Shown here piece by piece: positions 44,578 through 55,242 of a stretch of 64,000 nt of DNA. Both the position numbers and the translations under genes were made by a program. The notes beneath the pieces are model-generated. The model searched no databases and was not told the DNA's origin. It saw only the letters and a program-made list of their open reading frames with translations. Numbering within the stretch: position 1 is the stretch's first letter; the number at the start of each line of letters is the position of its first letter. The DNA is taken from NCBI GenBank assembly GCA_963716565.1, contig OY970318.1, forward strand, positions 128,830 through 192,829, in the 5' to 3' direction. Source of the DNA: an uncultured Candidatus Saccharibacteria bacterium. GTDB taxonomy: Bacteria > Patescibacteriota > Saccharimonadia > Saccharimonadales > CAIOMD01.

Positions 44578-47500
44578 ATGCCTAGCGGCTTAAAACCGGC
44601 TGATTATGTGCATTTGCACAATCATACTCAATATAGCCTGTTAGACGGGTTAACCAAGCTGGCTCCGCTAGTTGATTTTGTTAAAGAACAAGGCATGTAC
44701 GGCGTGGCCAAGACCGATCACGGTACGCTTTCGGGTACCATCGAGTTTTATAAAGAAGCTAGGTCAAAAGGTATCGAACCACTAATCGGTATCGAAATGT
44801 ATGTAGCCAATCGCAAACATACCGATAAAGACCCCAGTAAAGATCGCAGTCGCTTCCACTTAATCTTAATAGCCATGAATAACGCCGGCTACCAGAACTT
44901 AATGCGCCTTTCCACTTTAGCAAACCTCGAAGGGTTCTATTACCAGCCACGCATCGATCACGATTTATTAGAAAAATATAATGATGGTGTAATTGCCATG
45001 AGTGCCTGTATGGGCGGCGAAATTGGCGAGGCCTTTAATAGCAACCAAGACGAAGAGGCTAAAAAAATAGCCAGCTGGTACAAGCAAGTCTTTGGTGATC
45101 GTTTTTATTTAGAAGTCCAAGACCATGGCCATCCCAAGAACCCTTTGTTCAACAAAGAACAGCAGAGAGTTAACAACAAAATTATAAAACTTGGCCAAGA
45201 GCTAGATATTCCTGTCGTAGTTACCTGTGATGCGCATTATCTAAAAAAGGAAGACCAAGAAGCCCACGAAGTTCTGTTGTGTGTTGGTACCGCCTCGTAT
45301 TTGAATGACGAAAAACGGATGAGCCTAAAAGACTACCCTTTGCATGTCGAAGATCCGCAAGCCATTATCGACCGTTGGGGTAAAGAACACCCAGAGTTCA
45401 TCACCAATACCCTAAAATTAGCCAAGCGTTGCCATGTTGAAATCGAACTAGGCAAGATTTTGATCCCCAAATTTCCAGTGCCCCAAGGTGAGACCGAAAA
45501 AAGCTATTTAGATGTATTGGTTTATCAGGGCTTGGCTCATCGCTATGGTGTAGCCACCCCTAAAAAAGCCAAAGAACTTTCTAAGGCCAAGATTGTTAAG
45601 TTGTTGCCCAGAGACGTTATAAAAAGGGTTGATTACGAGTTAGAGATTGTTGATTCTATGAACTTTAATGGCTATTTTTTGATTATCTGGGATTTTGTTA
45701 ATTGGGGCAAAGACCATGGTATAGTTTTTGGCCCAGGGCGTGGTAGCGCGGCCGGTTCGATTATTTCTTATGCCTTGCGCATTACAGACCTAGACCCCCT
45801 AAAGTACGATCTGTTATTTGAGCGTTTTCTAAACCCCGATCGTATTAGCATGCCCGATATCGACATTGATATCCAGGATTCTAGGCGAGACGAAGTTATT
45901 CAGTATTGCGTTGAAAAGTACGGCAAAGACCGAGTGGCCAATATTGTAACCTTTGGTCGTATGGCCGCCAGAGCGGCAGTGCGCGATGTTGGCCGAGTGA
46001 TGCAGGTGCCTTATGGTGACGTGGATAGAATAGCTAAGCTTATTCCACCACCGGTGCAAGGGCGGCATACCCCACTGGATCAAACTGTTAAAACTGCGGG
46101 CGAGCTAAAGGACGAATATGACTCTAACCCGATAGCCAAAGAGGTTATTGATATGGCCATAAAGCTGGAAGGTACGGTGCGCAGCCACGGCGTGCATGCC
46201 GCCGGTGTGGTTATTGCCCCCGATGACATTGTCAAATATGTACCTTTAGAAATGGCTCAAAAAGGCGTAATTGCCACCCAATACCCAATGGGTCCAATCG
46301 AAGATATTGGCCTGCTTAAGATGGACTTTTTGGGTTTATCTAACCTAACAACCATCAAGAATGCCTTAAGAATTATCAAAAGAGTCTATGGCAAAAATCT
46401 CGATATTGGTAATTTACCTTTGGATGATAAGAAAACTTTTGGGTTGCTCGGCCGAGGCGATACCACTGGCGTGTTCCAGCTAGAATCGGCCGGCATGAAG
46501 CGTTATTTAAAAGAGCTTAAACCTAATGTCTTTGACGATATTATTGCCATGGTGGCTCTGTACCGCCCTGGTCCGATGCAGTTTTTAGATGATTTTATAG
46601 CTCGCAAGCACGGCCTTAAAGAAATTGAATATTTTCACCCCAAAATGGAAAATGCTCTAAAAAACACTTATGGTGTGTTGATCTATCAAGAACAAGTTAT
46701 GCAAATTAGCAAAGATTTGTGTGGCTTTACCGGCGGCCAAGCCGACGTTTTACGCAAGGGTATTGGTAAAAAGATTCCCGAAGTTTTGGCCAAAATGAAA
46801 GTCGATTTTATAGAAGGGGCCATTAAAAACTCTAAGGCCGATCGTGATCGAATGGAAGTGTTTTGGAAGCAGATAGAAGAATTTGCCGCTTACTGTTTTA
46901 ACAAGAGCCACGCCGCTTGCTACGCCATGATTGCCTACTGGACTGCTTACTTAAAAGCCCATTTTCCGGCGGCTTTTATGGCGGCCCTAATGACTACCGA
47001 TTTTGACGACATCGACAGATTAGCAATAGAAATTAGTGAATGCCGGCGCATGGGCATAAAAGTGTTGCCTCCAGACGTGAACCAATCGTTCCACGAGTTT
47101 GCCGTTGTGCCGCATAAAGAGGGCGAACAAGTAGAAGTTCGTTTTGGTATGGATGCTGTTAAAAATGTTGGCCATGGCGCTGTGGCAGAAATAATTCGTT
47201 TGCGCGACCAAGAGGGGCCATACCAATCGATTAGTGACTTTGTGTCTAAGGTTGATAGCCATTTGGTTAATCGCAAAACCTGGGAAAGTCTAATAAAAAC
47301 TGGCGGTTTTGACCGCTTCGCCGAAAGAGGCGTGTTGTTAGAAAGCTTAGATTTAATACTGAACTCCGCGGCTAAACTAAACAAAGACCGCTTAAAAGGG
47401 CAGACAGATTTATTCGGCAACGACGAAAATGTAAAAAACAGCGCTTTCAAGATAGATATTGCTAAAAAGAGCCAATATTCTGAGCACGATTATTTATTGT

Positions 47501-48207
47501 GGGAAAGAGAGCTGATGGGCCTGTATTTATCTAGCCACCCACTGGAAAGTTTTGACAGCATGCTCACTGAACAGGCCGTTCCATTGGCCGAAATAACCAA
47601 AGAACAAGATGGCAAAACAGCTCAGGTTGGTGGCATGATTAGTGCTATTAGGCAGATAACCACTAAAAACGGCCAGCCTATGGCCTTTGTGAAACTAGAA
47701 GACGTGGTGGGTGACGAACGAGAATTAGTAGTGTTTCCGTCGGTATATAAAGATACCAGTGATATTTGGCAGACTCAAAAAGTAATATTGGCTAGCGGAC
47801 GTATTAGTACTGCAGATAAAAATGGCAATAATTTAGATGAGCCTAAAATATTGGTTTCTAAGGCTCAGGTTATTGATATAGCTGATGCCAAGGCTTATTC
47901 TCCGTCTGGCCGTAAGCAGCAAGTCAAACAAAAAGTTAGTAGCAAAAAAGCCAGCAATGAGAAGTTTGCCGACGAGCCCAAGGAACCTATTAAAAGGCTG
48001 TACCTTAGGTTAAATGACGCTTCCGACCATGAAGTTTTGCAACAGATAAAACAATTATTAGATGTTAGCTTAGGAGCAAACGAGGCGGTATTGGTTTTAG
48101 GTCCAGATAAACAAATCATCAAACTGCCACAACTTGTTAAAGTCGAAGACGATTTGGTAGACAAGTTAAAGGCAATCTTAGGTAGCGATAAAGTAAAGTT
48201 CCAGTAA
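44578..48207 (+). CDS. dnaE: DNA polymerase III subunit alpha
   Basis: 1209 aa with a PHP domain (HLHNHTQYSLLDG), a palm/fingers region (PDIDIDI, GLLKMDFLGL) and an OB fold. Confidence 0.95.
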   Translation: MPSGLKPADYVHLHNHTQYSLLDGLTKLAPLVDFVKEQGMYGVAKTDHGTLSGTIEFYKEARSKGIEPLIGIEMYVANRKHTDKDPSKDRSRFHLILIAMNNAGYQNLMRLSTLANLEGFYYQPRIDHDLLEKYNDGVIAMSACMGGEIGEAFNSNQDEEAKKIASWYKQVFGDRFYLEVQDHGHPKNPLFNKEQQRVNNKIIKLGQELDIPVVVTCDAHYLKKEDQEAHEVLLCVGTASYLNDEKRMSLKDYPLHVEDPQAIIDRWGKEHPEFITNTLKLAKRCHVEIELGKILIPKFPVPQGETEKSYLDVLVYQGLAHRYGVATPKKAKELSKAKIVKLLPRDVIKRVDYELEIVDSMNFNGYFLIIWDFVNWGKDHGIVFGPGRGSAAGSIISYALRITDLDPLKYDLLFERFLNPDRISMPDIDIDIQDSRRDEVIQYCVEKYGKDRVANIVTFGRMAARAAVRDVGRVMQVPYGDVDRIAKLIPPPVQGRHTPLDQTVKTAGELKDEYDSNPIAKEVIDMAIKLEGTVRSHGVHAAGVVIAPDDIVKYVPLEMAQKGVIATQYPMGPIEDIGLLKMDFLGLSNLTTIKNALRIIKRVYGKNLDIGNLPLDDKKTFGLLGRGDTTGVFQLESAGMKRYLKELKPNVFDDIIAMVALYRPGPMQFLDDFIARKHGLKEIEYFHPKMENALKNTYGVLIYQEQVMQISKDLCGFTGGQADVLRKGIGKKIPEVLAKMKVDFIEGAIKNSKADRDRMEVFWKQIEEFAAYCFNKSHAACYAMIAYWTAYLKAHFPAAFMAALMTTDFDDIDRLAIEISECRRMGIKVLPPDVNQSFHEFAVVPHKEGEQVEVRFGMDAVKNVGHGAVAEIIRLRDQEGPYQSISDFVSKVDSHLVNRKTWESLIKTGGFDRFAERGVLLESLDLILNSAAKLNKDRLKGQTDLFGNDENVKNSAFKIDIAKKSQYSEHDYLLWERELMGLYLSSHPLESFDSMLTEQAVPLAEITKEQDGKTAQVGGMISAIRQITTKNGQPMAFVKLEDVVGDERELVVFPSVYKDTSDIWQTQKVILASGRISTADKNGNNLDEPKILVSKAQVIDIADAKAYSPSGRKQQVKQKVSSKKASNEKFADEPKEPIKRLYLRLNDASDHEVLQQIKQLLDVSLGANEAVLVLGPDKQIIKLPQLVKVEDDLVDKLKAILGSDKVKFQ

Positions 48208-48208
48208 A

Positions 48209-48916
48209 TTACCCAAACAAGGGCATTCTATGGAGGCGCTTGATGTGTTTTAGTTCCAAAACAATACCCACAAGGGCAAGCACGCCGGCGATCACGCCAA
48301 TAACTAGTGGCGAGCCAGATAATAGTTGGGGCTTAAGGGAAGTGCTTATACCAGCCGGTACGGTAGCGGCGGTTAAAACTTGGACTGCTGCCGACTTTCC
48401 ATATAGGGCTACTATCACGTAGGTGCCGGTGTGACTTTTATAATCACCAAAATAGGCCAAGCCAATACCAAAATCGGCGTAATCGGTACTCAAAAGATTA
48501 TCACGGTGAGTTGGGCTATTTAGCCAGCCATTAACTACCGCTTGGGCATCTTCGTTAGTAATCGCTAAATTTTCACCGGCCTTGGAGTATTTATAGCCGA
48601 CATCGTTAAGATAATCCCAAGCTACAGTGCCATCGGGGGCGGTGTGGGCAAAATAATGTTGGGCAGCCATATCTTCGGCCTTCATCTGAGCAGCGTTCAT
48701 TAGGGCGGTGTTTATTTGCAAGGGATCTAGTCCAAAGCTGTCACGCGATTGGTTGGATAAATCAATAATGTCGCTAACGCCAAAAGCCTTAGTGATTGTG
48801 GCGCTCATTGGCGCCAACAAAGTAATGCCTACCAGCGCAAAAAAGACGGCAACTACAAAAAAGAAATGGCCGACGTGTTTTTGGGTTTTTATTTGCTGGA
48901 GCATTTGTTCTTTCAA
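48209..48916 (-). CDS. CAP/SCP-domain protein with N- and C-terminal TM segments
   Basis: CAP motifs (YFAHTAPDG, GENLA, GWLNSPTHRDNLL). Confidence 0.75.
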   Translation of the reverse strand: MKEQMLQQIKTQKHVGHFFFVVAVFFALVGITLLAPMSATITKAFGVSDIIDLSNQSRDSFGLDPLQINTALMNAAQMKAEDMAAQHYFAHTAPDGTVAWDYLNDVGYKYSKAGENLAITNEDAQAVVNGWLNSPTHRDNLLSTDYADFGIGLAYFGDYKSHTGTYVIVALYGKSAAVQVLTAATVPAGISTSLKPQLLSGSPLVIGVIAGVLALVGIVLELKHIKRLHRMPLFG

Positions 48917-49428
48917 GTTTTTATTCTTAACGAATACAGAGCTATAGCTGCCGCAGTTGATACATTTAAGGATTCTTTTTTACCGAACTGTGGTATCTCT
49001 AATATTTTATCACAAGCATTAAGGATTTGTGTTGGCAAACCGGTTACTTCATTGCCTAGTAACAAAGCCGTAGGCTGTTTTAGGGTAAACTCCGATAACT
49101 TTATACTGCTGGGCGATTGTTCTATAGCGGCTATTTGGTAGCCTCTTTGTTTTAAGGACTCAATTGCTTCATGGATGCCAGTAATTACGGCCATTGGTAG
49201 ATTAGTTTCTGCGCCTAGGGCGGTTTTATGGATACTGTTTGTAATTTTATTTACCAGATGGGGTAAGCGCTTATCGCCAGGCATTTTAGGGTACGGCGTG
49301 TAGCCGGTAAATATAACTTGCTCAGCGCCAAAGCAGTCGGCTAACCTTAGCAAACTACCAACATTGTGAGTGCTGCGGATGTCGACTAAAACTAGAATAA
49401 TTGGAGTCATATGAAGATATAATAACAA
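48913..49428 (-). CDS. SpoU/TrmH-family RNA 2'-O-methyltransferase
   Basis: 171 aa with SPOUT motifs (HNVGSLLRLAD, LLLGNEVTGL, IPQFGKKESLNVSTAAAIALY). Confidence 0.8.
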   Translation of the reverse strand: MLLYLHMTPIILVLVDIRSTHNVGSLLRLADCFGAEQVIFTGYTPYPKMPGDKRLPHLVNKITNSIHKTALGAETNLPMAVITGIHEAIESLKQRGYQIAAIEQSPSSIKLSEFTLKQPTALLLGNEVTGLPTQILNACDKILEIPQFGKKESLNVSTAAAIALYSLRIKT

Positions 49429-49471
49429 AATGCGTTCTAGTGCTTATGCTTAAGCTATAATATAGCTAACT

Positions 49472-51070
49472 ATGATAGACGAAGGCCGTAGAATTGACGA
49501 ACAAAATGCTGAGCGCCGTGCTCGAATTCTTAATATACCTTACGTCGACACTTCGGCAACAGAGTTTGAATTGTACCACGATATTCTGCCACTCAACGAA
49601 CTTTACTCCTTAAAAATCATTCCACTAGTGGCCGATCAGCATAATATTCAATTTGGTATTACCAACAATACTTCGCAAGAACATATGACTGCTTTAAAGC
49701 AGCGCTTTTCTGATCAGCAAGTTGGTTTTGCCATGATTTCAGACACTGGCTACCGGGATCTAATGCGTCGCTATGACCCGCCTAAACAGGTTGTTTACCA
49801 AGACATAACTTTAACTAAAACAGACAATGCTAGCCAATTAGCAGCAGTTTCGGAAACTTTAAATAGCGTTCGGGCCGACGATATGCTGGCCTATATTGTT
49901 CAGCAAGCCTACAATTTAAAAGCTTCGGACATTCATTTAGAAAATACCGATGAGGCAATTCGTATTCGTTATAGGGTAGACGGTGTATTGCACCCGGTAG
50001 CGCAGTTGTCTAAAGAGAAATATCGTTTATTACTGTCTAGCTTGGCGTCGGCTGCCAATATTTCTACCAATGTAGCTGAGTCCCAAACAGGGCATATTAA
50101 TCAAACTGCTACCATGGCCGATGGCAGCAAGGTGGGCATTAACTTAAGAGTAGAGTCAGTCCCAGCCTTATATGGTATGGACATGGTCTTAAGGCTGTTT
50201 AACTTGCAACCCGAACTGATGCGTTTAGACAAGTTAGATTTAAACGATACCGAACGCGAAATTATTTATGATATTATTCGCCATCCAACTGGCTTGGTGT
50301 TAGCAGTTGGCCCTACCGGTTCCGGTAAAACTACCACTTTATATAGCATCATTAACGAGCTTAACACGCCCGAAAGAAAAATAATTACCCTAGAAGACCC
50401 AGTTGAATACTACATAAAGGGCATAACTCAGATTCCAGTTAGTTCTAATAACAATCCTACGGCCTTTGCTGATGGTTTTAGGGCGGTTCTAAGGCTTGAC
50501 CCAGATGTCATAATGGTTGGCGAAATAAGGGATAACGACACCGCTAAAACCGCTTTGCAATCGGCCCTAACGGGGCATTTGGTGCTATCTACTTATCACG
50601 CTAGTTCAGCCTGCGCGGCCTTAACCAGAATGCTTGATGCTATTGGTGAGAATCCACTATTTACCTCGGCTATCAGGCTAGTTGCAGCCCAAAGGCTGGT
50701 ACGCCGGCTAGATGACAGCACTAAAAAGACCTATGCCCCGGACGAAAAAACAAAACAGTGGCTAAGAGGTGTTATTGATACCCTACCACCGCACATTGAA
50801 AAGCCAAATATTGATGGTGTTGAGCTTTATGAACCGGGCGCTTCAGAAACTAATCCGTTTGGCTATACCGGCCAATTTGCGATTAGAGAATTGCTAATAA
50901 TGACACCGGCCTTGCAACAAGAGCTACAAAAGCCAGCTAACGCTATAACTACCGATAATCTCCAACAAATTGCCGTCGAAGCTGGCATGCTAACTATGCT
51001 CCAAGACGGAGTGCTTAGAGTATTGAATGGCGATACTAGTTTGCAAGAAGTATTAAGAGTAATCGGGTAA
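49472..51070 (+). CDS. type II/IV secretion-system ATPase (PilB/GspE family)
   Basis: Walker A GPTGSGKTTT, Asp box, Walker B, and His box (LVLSTYHA). Confidence 0.9.
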   Translation: MIDEGRRIDEQNAERRARILNIPYVDTSATEFELYHDILPLNELYSLKIIPLVADQHNIQFGITNNTSQEHMTALKQRFSDQQVGFAMISDTGYRDLMRRYDPPKQVVYQDITLTKTDNASQLAAVSETLNSVRADDMLAYIVQQAYNLKASDIHLENTDEAIRIRYRVDGVLHPVAQLSKEKYRLLLSSLASAANISTNVAESQTGHINQTATMADGSKVGINLRVESVPALYGMDMVLRLFNLQPELMRLDKLDLNDTEREIIYDIIRHPTGLVLAVGPTGSGKTTTLYSIINELNTPERKIITLEDPVEYYIKGITQIPVSSNNNPTAFADGFRAVLRLDPDVIMVGEIRDNDTAKTALQSALTGHLVLSTYHASSACAALTRMLDAIGENPLFTSAIRLVAAQRLVRRLDDSTKKTYAPDEKTKQWLRGVIDTLPPHIEKPNIDGVELYEPGASETNPFGYTGQFAIRELLIMTPALQQELQKPANAITTDNLQQIAVEAGMLTMLQDGVLRVLNGDTSLQEVLRVIG

Positions 51071-51158
51071 CTTCTTTGCAGTGTAAATTAACTCTTTGAA
51101 ATTATTACAAGATATGTTACAGTGTTGGCTGACTAAATTTTAAAAGTATCTAAAATAT

Positions 51159-51710
51159 ATGCCTAGTCCAATCCAGATTATCGAAGCCAAGTATAAAAAG
51201 CGCCAGATTATAGGTGTGCGCAGCGGTGATACTGTTGCTATCCACCAAAAAATTAAAGAAGGTGCCAAAGAGCGCGTTCAGGTTTATGAAGGCATGGTTA
51301 TTAACACCAGCCGAATGGGCAGTTTAACTGCCAGCATTACCGTTAGGCGCATCGCTAGTGGTGTTGGTGTAGAAAAATCCTTCATGCTGCATCACCCTAA
51401 TATTCTTAAAGTTATTATCAAAAAGCGCGGTAAAGTCCGTCGCAATTATTTGAGCTATATGCGTCAGCGTCGTGGCAAGAGCAGCCGTTTAACTGGTTTA
51501 GATTTTGATGCCCGAGCGGTTAATAAAGTTGCCGATCACGAGGCCGAAAAAGAAGAAGAAAAATTACGCGAAGAAGCTGCTGCTTTGCACGAAGCCGAAA
51601 TGAAGGCCGAGGCCGAAAAAGCTGCCGCCGAAGAAAAAGCCCACGAAGCCGAGTTCAAAGCTCACGAAGAGATTGCCGAAGAGCTAGCCGAAGAAGCTCC
51701 CCAAAAATAG
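51159..51710 (+). CDS. rplS: 50S ribosomal protein L19 with E/A/K-rich C-terminal extension
   Basis: L19 core (GDTVAIHQKIKEGAKERVQVYEGMVI...RRNYLSYMRQRRGK) plus a charged low-complexity tail of about 65 aa. Confidence 0.9.
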   Translation: MPSPIQIIEAKYKKRQIIGVRSGDTVAIHQKIKEGAKERVQVYEGMVINTSRMGSLTASITVRRIASGVGVEKSFMLHHPNILKVIIKKRGKVRRNYLSYMRQRRGKSSRLTGLDFDARAVNKVADHEAEKEEEKLREEAAALHEAEMKAEAEKAAAEEKAHEAEFKAHEEIAEELAEEAPQK

Positions 51711-51758
51711 CCTTTTCAAACTTATTACTTACAACTTAATACTTTATACTTAACCCAT

Positions 51759-52295
51759 ATGGTTGGTATTGATGAAGTTGGGAGGGGGGCGTGGGCTGGG
51801 CCGTTGCTGGTCTGTGCTGCTCGTTTAGGCAAATCAATCGACGGACTAAAAGATTCCAAATTATTAAGCGCTAAAAAGCGTGAAACATTTACAGAAGTCA
51901 TTTTAGGCGTAGCTGATATTGGGTATGGTTGGGTGAGCGCCAAAGAAATTGACGATATTGGCTTGTCGGCAGCCTTAAAACTAGCCGCTACTAAAGCTTT
52001 ACAAGATATAAATTATCAAACTAATGAAGAATTAGTAATTGATGGCACAGTTAACTTTGTGCCAGATTTAAAAGCCACTTGTATGCCCAGGGCCGATAAT
52101 TTAGTGCCCGCATGTAGTGCTGCCAGTATTGTAGCCAAAGTTACGCGCGACAAGCACATGGCCGAACTGGCCCAAAAATATCCTAATTATGGTTTTGAAA
52201 AACACGTAGGCTACGGTGCTAAGGGCCACCTAGAGGCTATCAAAAAACACGGCTATTGCACCGAACATCGCCGTAGTTTTAAGATTAAGATATGA
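51759..52295 (+). CDS. rnhB: ribonuclease HII
   Basis: GIDEVGRGAWAGPL and DSKLLS motifs. Confidence 0.85.
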   Translation: MVGIDEVGRGAWAGPLLVCAARLGKSIDGLKDSKLLSAKKRETFTEVILGVADIGYGWVSAKEIDDIGLSAALKLAATKALQDINYQTNEELVIDGTVNFVPDLKATCMPRADNLVPACSAASIVAKVTRDKHMAELAQKYPNYGFEKHVGYGAKGHLEAIKKHGYCTEHRRSFKIKI

Positions 52296-52630
52296 GTACG
52301 ACTTCAACTGGGCGTCAGGCCGAGAAAGCGGCCGCTAAATATTTAAAAAAGCTAGGTTACAAAATACTAGTCTTTAATTGGCGGACTCGCTGGTGCGAAG
52401 TTGACGTTGTGGCTACCAAAAACGGGGTGGTCTTTTTTGTAGAAGTAAAATATCGTGCTCAGAGTAATTGGGGCGATGGCTTAGAGGTGATTACTGCCAA
52501 AAAGCTAAAACAGATGGAATTTGCGGCTCAAAATTGGGTAAACGATAACGACTGGACTGGCGACTACCGCTTAGCAGTAGTTAGTGTTAGCGGTGACCCT
52601 GAAAAAGTTTTAGATTTTATTGAGCTTTGA
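52292..52630 (+). CDS. yraN: YraN-family endonuclease (UPF0102)
   Basis: 112 aa with the pattern G+QAEKAAAKYLKKLGYKIL..NWR....EVDVVA......FVEVKYR. Confidence 0.85.
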   Translation: MSTTSTGRQAEKAAAKYLKKLGYKILVFNWRTRWCEVDVVATKNGVVFFVEVKYRAQSNWGDGLEVITAKKLKQMEFAAQNWVNDNDWTGDYRLAVVSVSGDPEKVLDFIEL

Positions 52631-55127
52631 AATTTTTGAGCCACTTTAGTAGTCTTGCTTCGTCGCGCTGCCGCCACTCAATCTGATTATGGAGTGTTTC
52701 GATACCTTGCTTAATAGAGCGTTTTAGGCCCGGTTCAGAAACCTTGGCAAAGAATTGCTTATATTCTGGCAAGAAGCTGGGCTCGCTATAACATCTGGCA
52801 ATAAAAACCGGTATACGCGGGTAGCTAATGTCGCCACTCAAGCTAGTTGTTAGCCACGACCAGTTAACTTTAATCCACTTCCAGGCCATGTCTCGGGAAT
52901 AGGGGTTAGAAAAAGCCCCGATTATCCAATGTATGGCGTCTTGCACGCGAACGTCGTCGGATTTAATTAGGTCTAGTGAGCGCTTAATCAATTCTGGTTT
53001 GCGGAAGTCGGTTAGGGCATCGGCCAGAGTATTCTTTTCTTCGGCGGAAGTTGTTGCTCGGTACATAGCCAACATTTTGTCGAAGTCATTTTGATCGCCT
53101 CGGCGCGAAACACTAATAAGTATCATACCGCGGAGGTTCTTATCTAAATCTTCTACTTGTTTAGCGACATCAAAACGCTTTCGGGCTTCTTTAATTATTG
53201 CTGGGTTATCAGACATGTCGGATAGGGCTAATATAAGAGGCCGTAGCATCTTGTCGTAGTAGCTATCGGTTACTTTCTCTCTCCAGCCTAATCGCTTGGC
53301 CTGTTTGGCAGTCAAGTAGTTAACTAATGGTTTTGTGGCTTCGCGTACATCGAGTCCTAACACTCGGCGGATGTCACCCAGAGTAATGGCTATACTATCC
53401 CACACCGGCGAGCTACGACTATGGCGATAATATGGCAACAGATCAAATAGCAGTTCTATTGGTAGGCGATCTATTTTTATTACGGCCAGCAGGTCCGATA
53501 TCAAACCCAAGCTATCGTTTTCGGACAACTTGCCGTTAGCAACTAGTGTCCCAAGTTTTTGATAATGCTCGGGCCAGTATTTAGTAACGTAAAAGCCGGT
53601 GTGATTATGATTAATATAAAATTTGTCATCTATCAGATTCTTAGACGTTAGTTTAAGAGTATTCAACATTTCAGCGTCAAGGCTGGGCGATAATAATGGC
53701 ACTGGCCATTTTTGCTTGTTATCCGGGCTATGCTTACTGACAAATCGGCCCTGTTTTACCGTTAACTGATTCTTGGTTAGCTTTGCTTCTAAAAGCGGGA
53801 AGCCGGGCGTAGAGGTCCAGGTTAGCATGAATTCTTTGATTGATTTTGAGCTGACAGAGCCAAAACTATTGCACAAATCGGTTGTAGAGCTGCACGAATA
53901 GGCGTAATCGGTTAAATAATTGTTTAGCCCTTTTCTAAAATCCTTATCGCCCAAGAAATCGTGTAGCATATGAACAACGCAGGCGGCTTTGTTGTAACTG
54001 ATAGCATCGAATACCGAACGAATTTCGTCTGGGTGGGAAATTTTAACTTCAATGGGGTGCGTATTGTCTAAAGCATCTAGGCGCAGGGCTGGCAGTTGTT
54101 CCGAAACTAAAAACTGGGTCCACATATGCCATTTGGGGAACATGTGGTCGACTGCTAAGTATTCTAACCAGCTAGCGAAGCCTTCATTAAGCCACAAATC
54201 ATTCCACCACTTCATAGTAACCAAGTCGCCAAACCACTGGTGGGCAATTTCGTGAGCTACCACACTGGCCACCCACTGTTTAACGTCTAGGCTAGAGTTA
54301 GCCCTATCAATTAGCATGCAGGATTCCCTAAAAGTCATTAAGCCCCAGTTTTCCATTGCTCCAGCACCAAAGTCGGGCAAGGCTACTAAATCTAATTTTT
54401 TCAACGGGTAGGGGAAGTCCAAGTAACTGTTAAGGAAGTCTACTGTTTTTTTAGCTGCCTTAAGGCTGTAATCAACTTGGTTAATCTTGTCTGGGGCGGC
54501 CCAGGCCCTTATTAGGGTGTCATTTTTAGTTTTAACTCTTCGGCAACGGAGCTTGCCTATTACAAAAGCCAGCAAGTAGGTAGACATTAACGGGGTATCG
54601 CTAAATTGAACAATTTGTTGGCTAGACTTATATGTTTTGGATAGTTTTGGAGTGTTAGAAATTACAGCTTCGTTTTTGGGGGCACTTAAAGTTAAAGAAA
54701 AAATGGCCTTAGCGGCTGGTTCGTCAATACACGGAAAAGCTTCGCGGGCGTGATGGCTTTCGAACTGAGTAACAATAAAAATTTCTTTTTTAGAACTGTA
54801 ACAAGGGTAGATGCCATGCAGCTGAGGGGTGATTGGTGCCTTAAAGTTAACATCGGCCGTGATCTCGCTCCTGCAACAATCTTTTGTAAGGCTAATCTGT
54901 AACTCATCGATGGCTTTAACTAGTTTAAATTTAGCAGGCTGGCCATTTATTTTTACAGATAGTATTTCTAAGCCTTTGGCGTGCAAGCGTAGAACTTTTT
55001 GGTTGCCAACAAGCTCCCCAAGAATTTTTACATTACCCGTAAACAGCAACTGTTTCTTGTCGGGCCTTAAAAATAGCTCATAACGAGCTGGTTTAAAAAA
55101 ACGCAGTAAACGCACTACCTCAGTCAT
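52617..55127 (-). CDS. pepN: M1-family aminopeptidase N
   Basis: GAMENWG exopeptidase motif and the zinc site HEIAHQWFG...WLNEGFA. 836 aa with an ERAP1-like C-terminal domain. Confidence 0.9.
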   Translation of the reverse strand: MTEVVRLLRFFKPARYELFLRPDKKQLLFTGNVKILGELVGNQKVLRLHAKGLEILSVKINGQPAKFKLVKAIDELQISLTKDCCRSEITADVNFKAPITPQLHGIYPCYSSKKEIFIVTQFESHHAREAFPCIDEPAAKAIFSLTLSAPKNEAVISNTPKLSKTYKSSQQIVQFSDTPLMSTYLLAFVIGKLRCRRVKTKNDTLIRAWAAPDKINQVDYSLKAAKKTVDFLNSYLDFPYPLKKLDLVALPDFGAGAMENWGLMTFRESCMLIDRANSSLDVKQWVASVVAHEIAHQWFGDLVTMKWWNDLWLNEGFASWLEYLAVDHMFPKWHMWTQFLVSEQLPALRLDALDNTHPIEVKISHPDEIRSVFDAISYNKAACVVHMLHDFLGDKDFRKGLNNYLTDYAYSCSSTTDLCNSFGSVSSKSIKEFMLTWTSTPGFPLLEAKLTKNQLTVKQGRFVSKHSPDNKQKWPVPLLSPSLDAEMLNTLKLTSKNLIDDKFYINHNHTGFYVTKYWPEHYQKLGTLVANGKLSENDSLGLISDLLAVIKIDRLPIELLFDLLPYYRHSRSSPVWDSIAITLGDIRRVLGLDVREATKPLVNYLTAKQAKRLGWREKVTDSYYDKMLRPLILALSDMSDNPAIIKEARKRFDVAKQVEDLDKNLRGMILISVSRRGDQNDFDKMLAMYRATTSAEEKNTLADALTDFRKPELIKRSLDLIKSDDVRVQDAIHWIIGAFSNPYSRDMAWKWIKVNWSWLTTSLSGDISYPRIPVFIARCYSEPSFLPEYKQFFAKVSEPGLKRSIKQGIETLHNQIEWRQRDEARLLKWLKNFKAQ

Positions 55128-55242
55128 ATGGCTGTAGAATAATTAATTGATTTGATGATATCAAGTATGATACCATTAATTTGTTGTTGAATCCGTCCGA
55201 AAGGCGGATTTTTTCATTAAAACCCATCAACCAGGAGAAACC

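Noticed and set aside
55185-55215. Hairpin AUCCGUCC-GAAA-GGCGGAU plus U6 upstream of nusA, considered as a regulatory attenuator.
   Set aside because: It is plausible, but it could equally be a plain terminator-like element in the divergent pepN/nusA spacer. There is no further sequence evidence either way.
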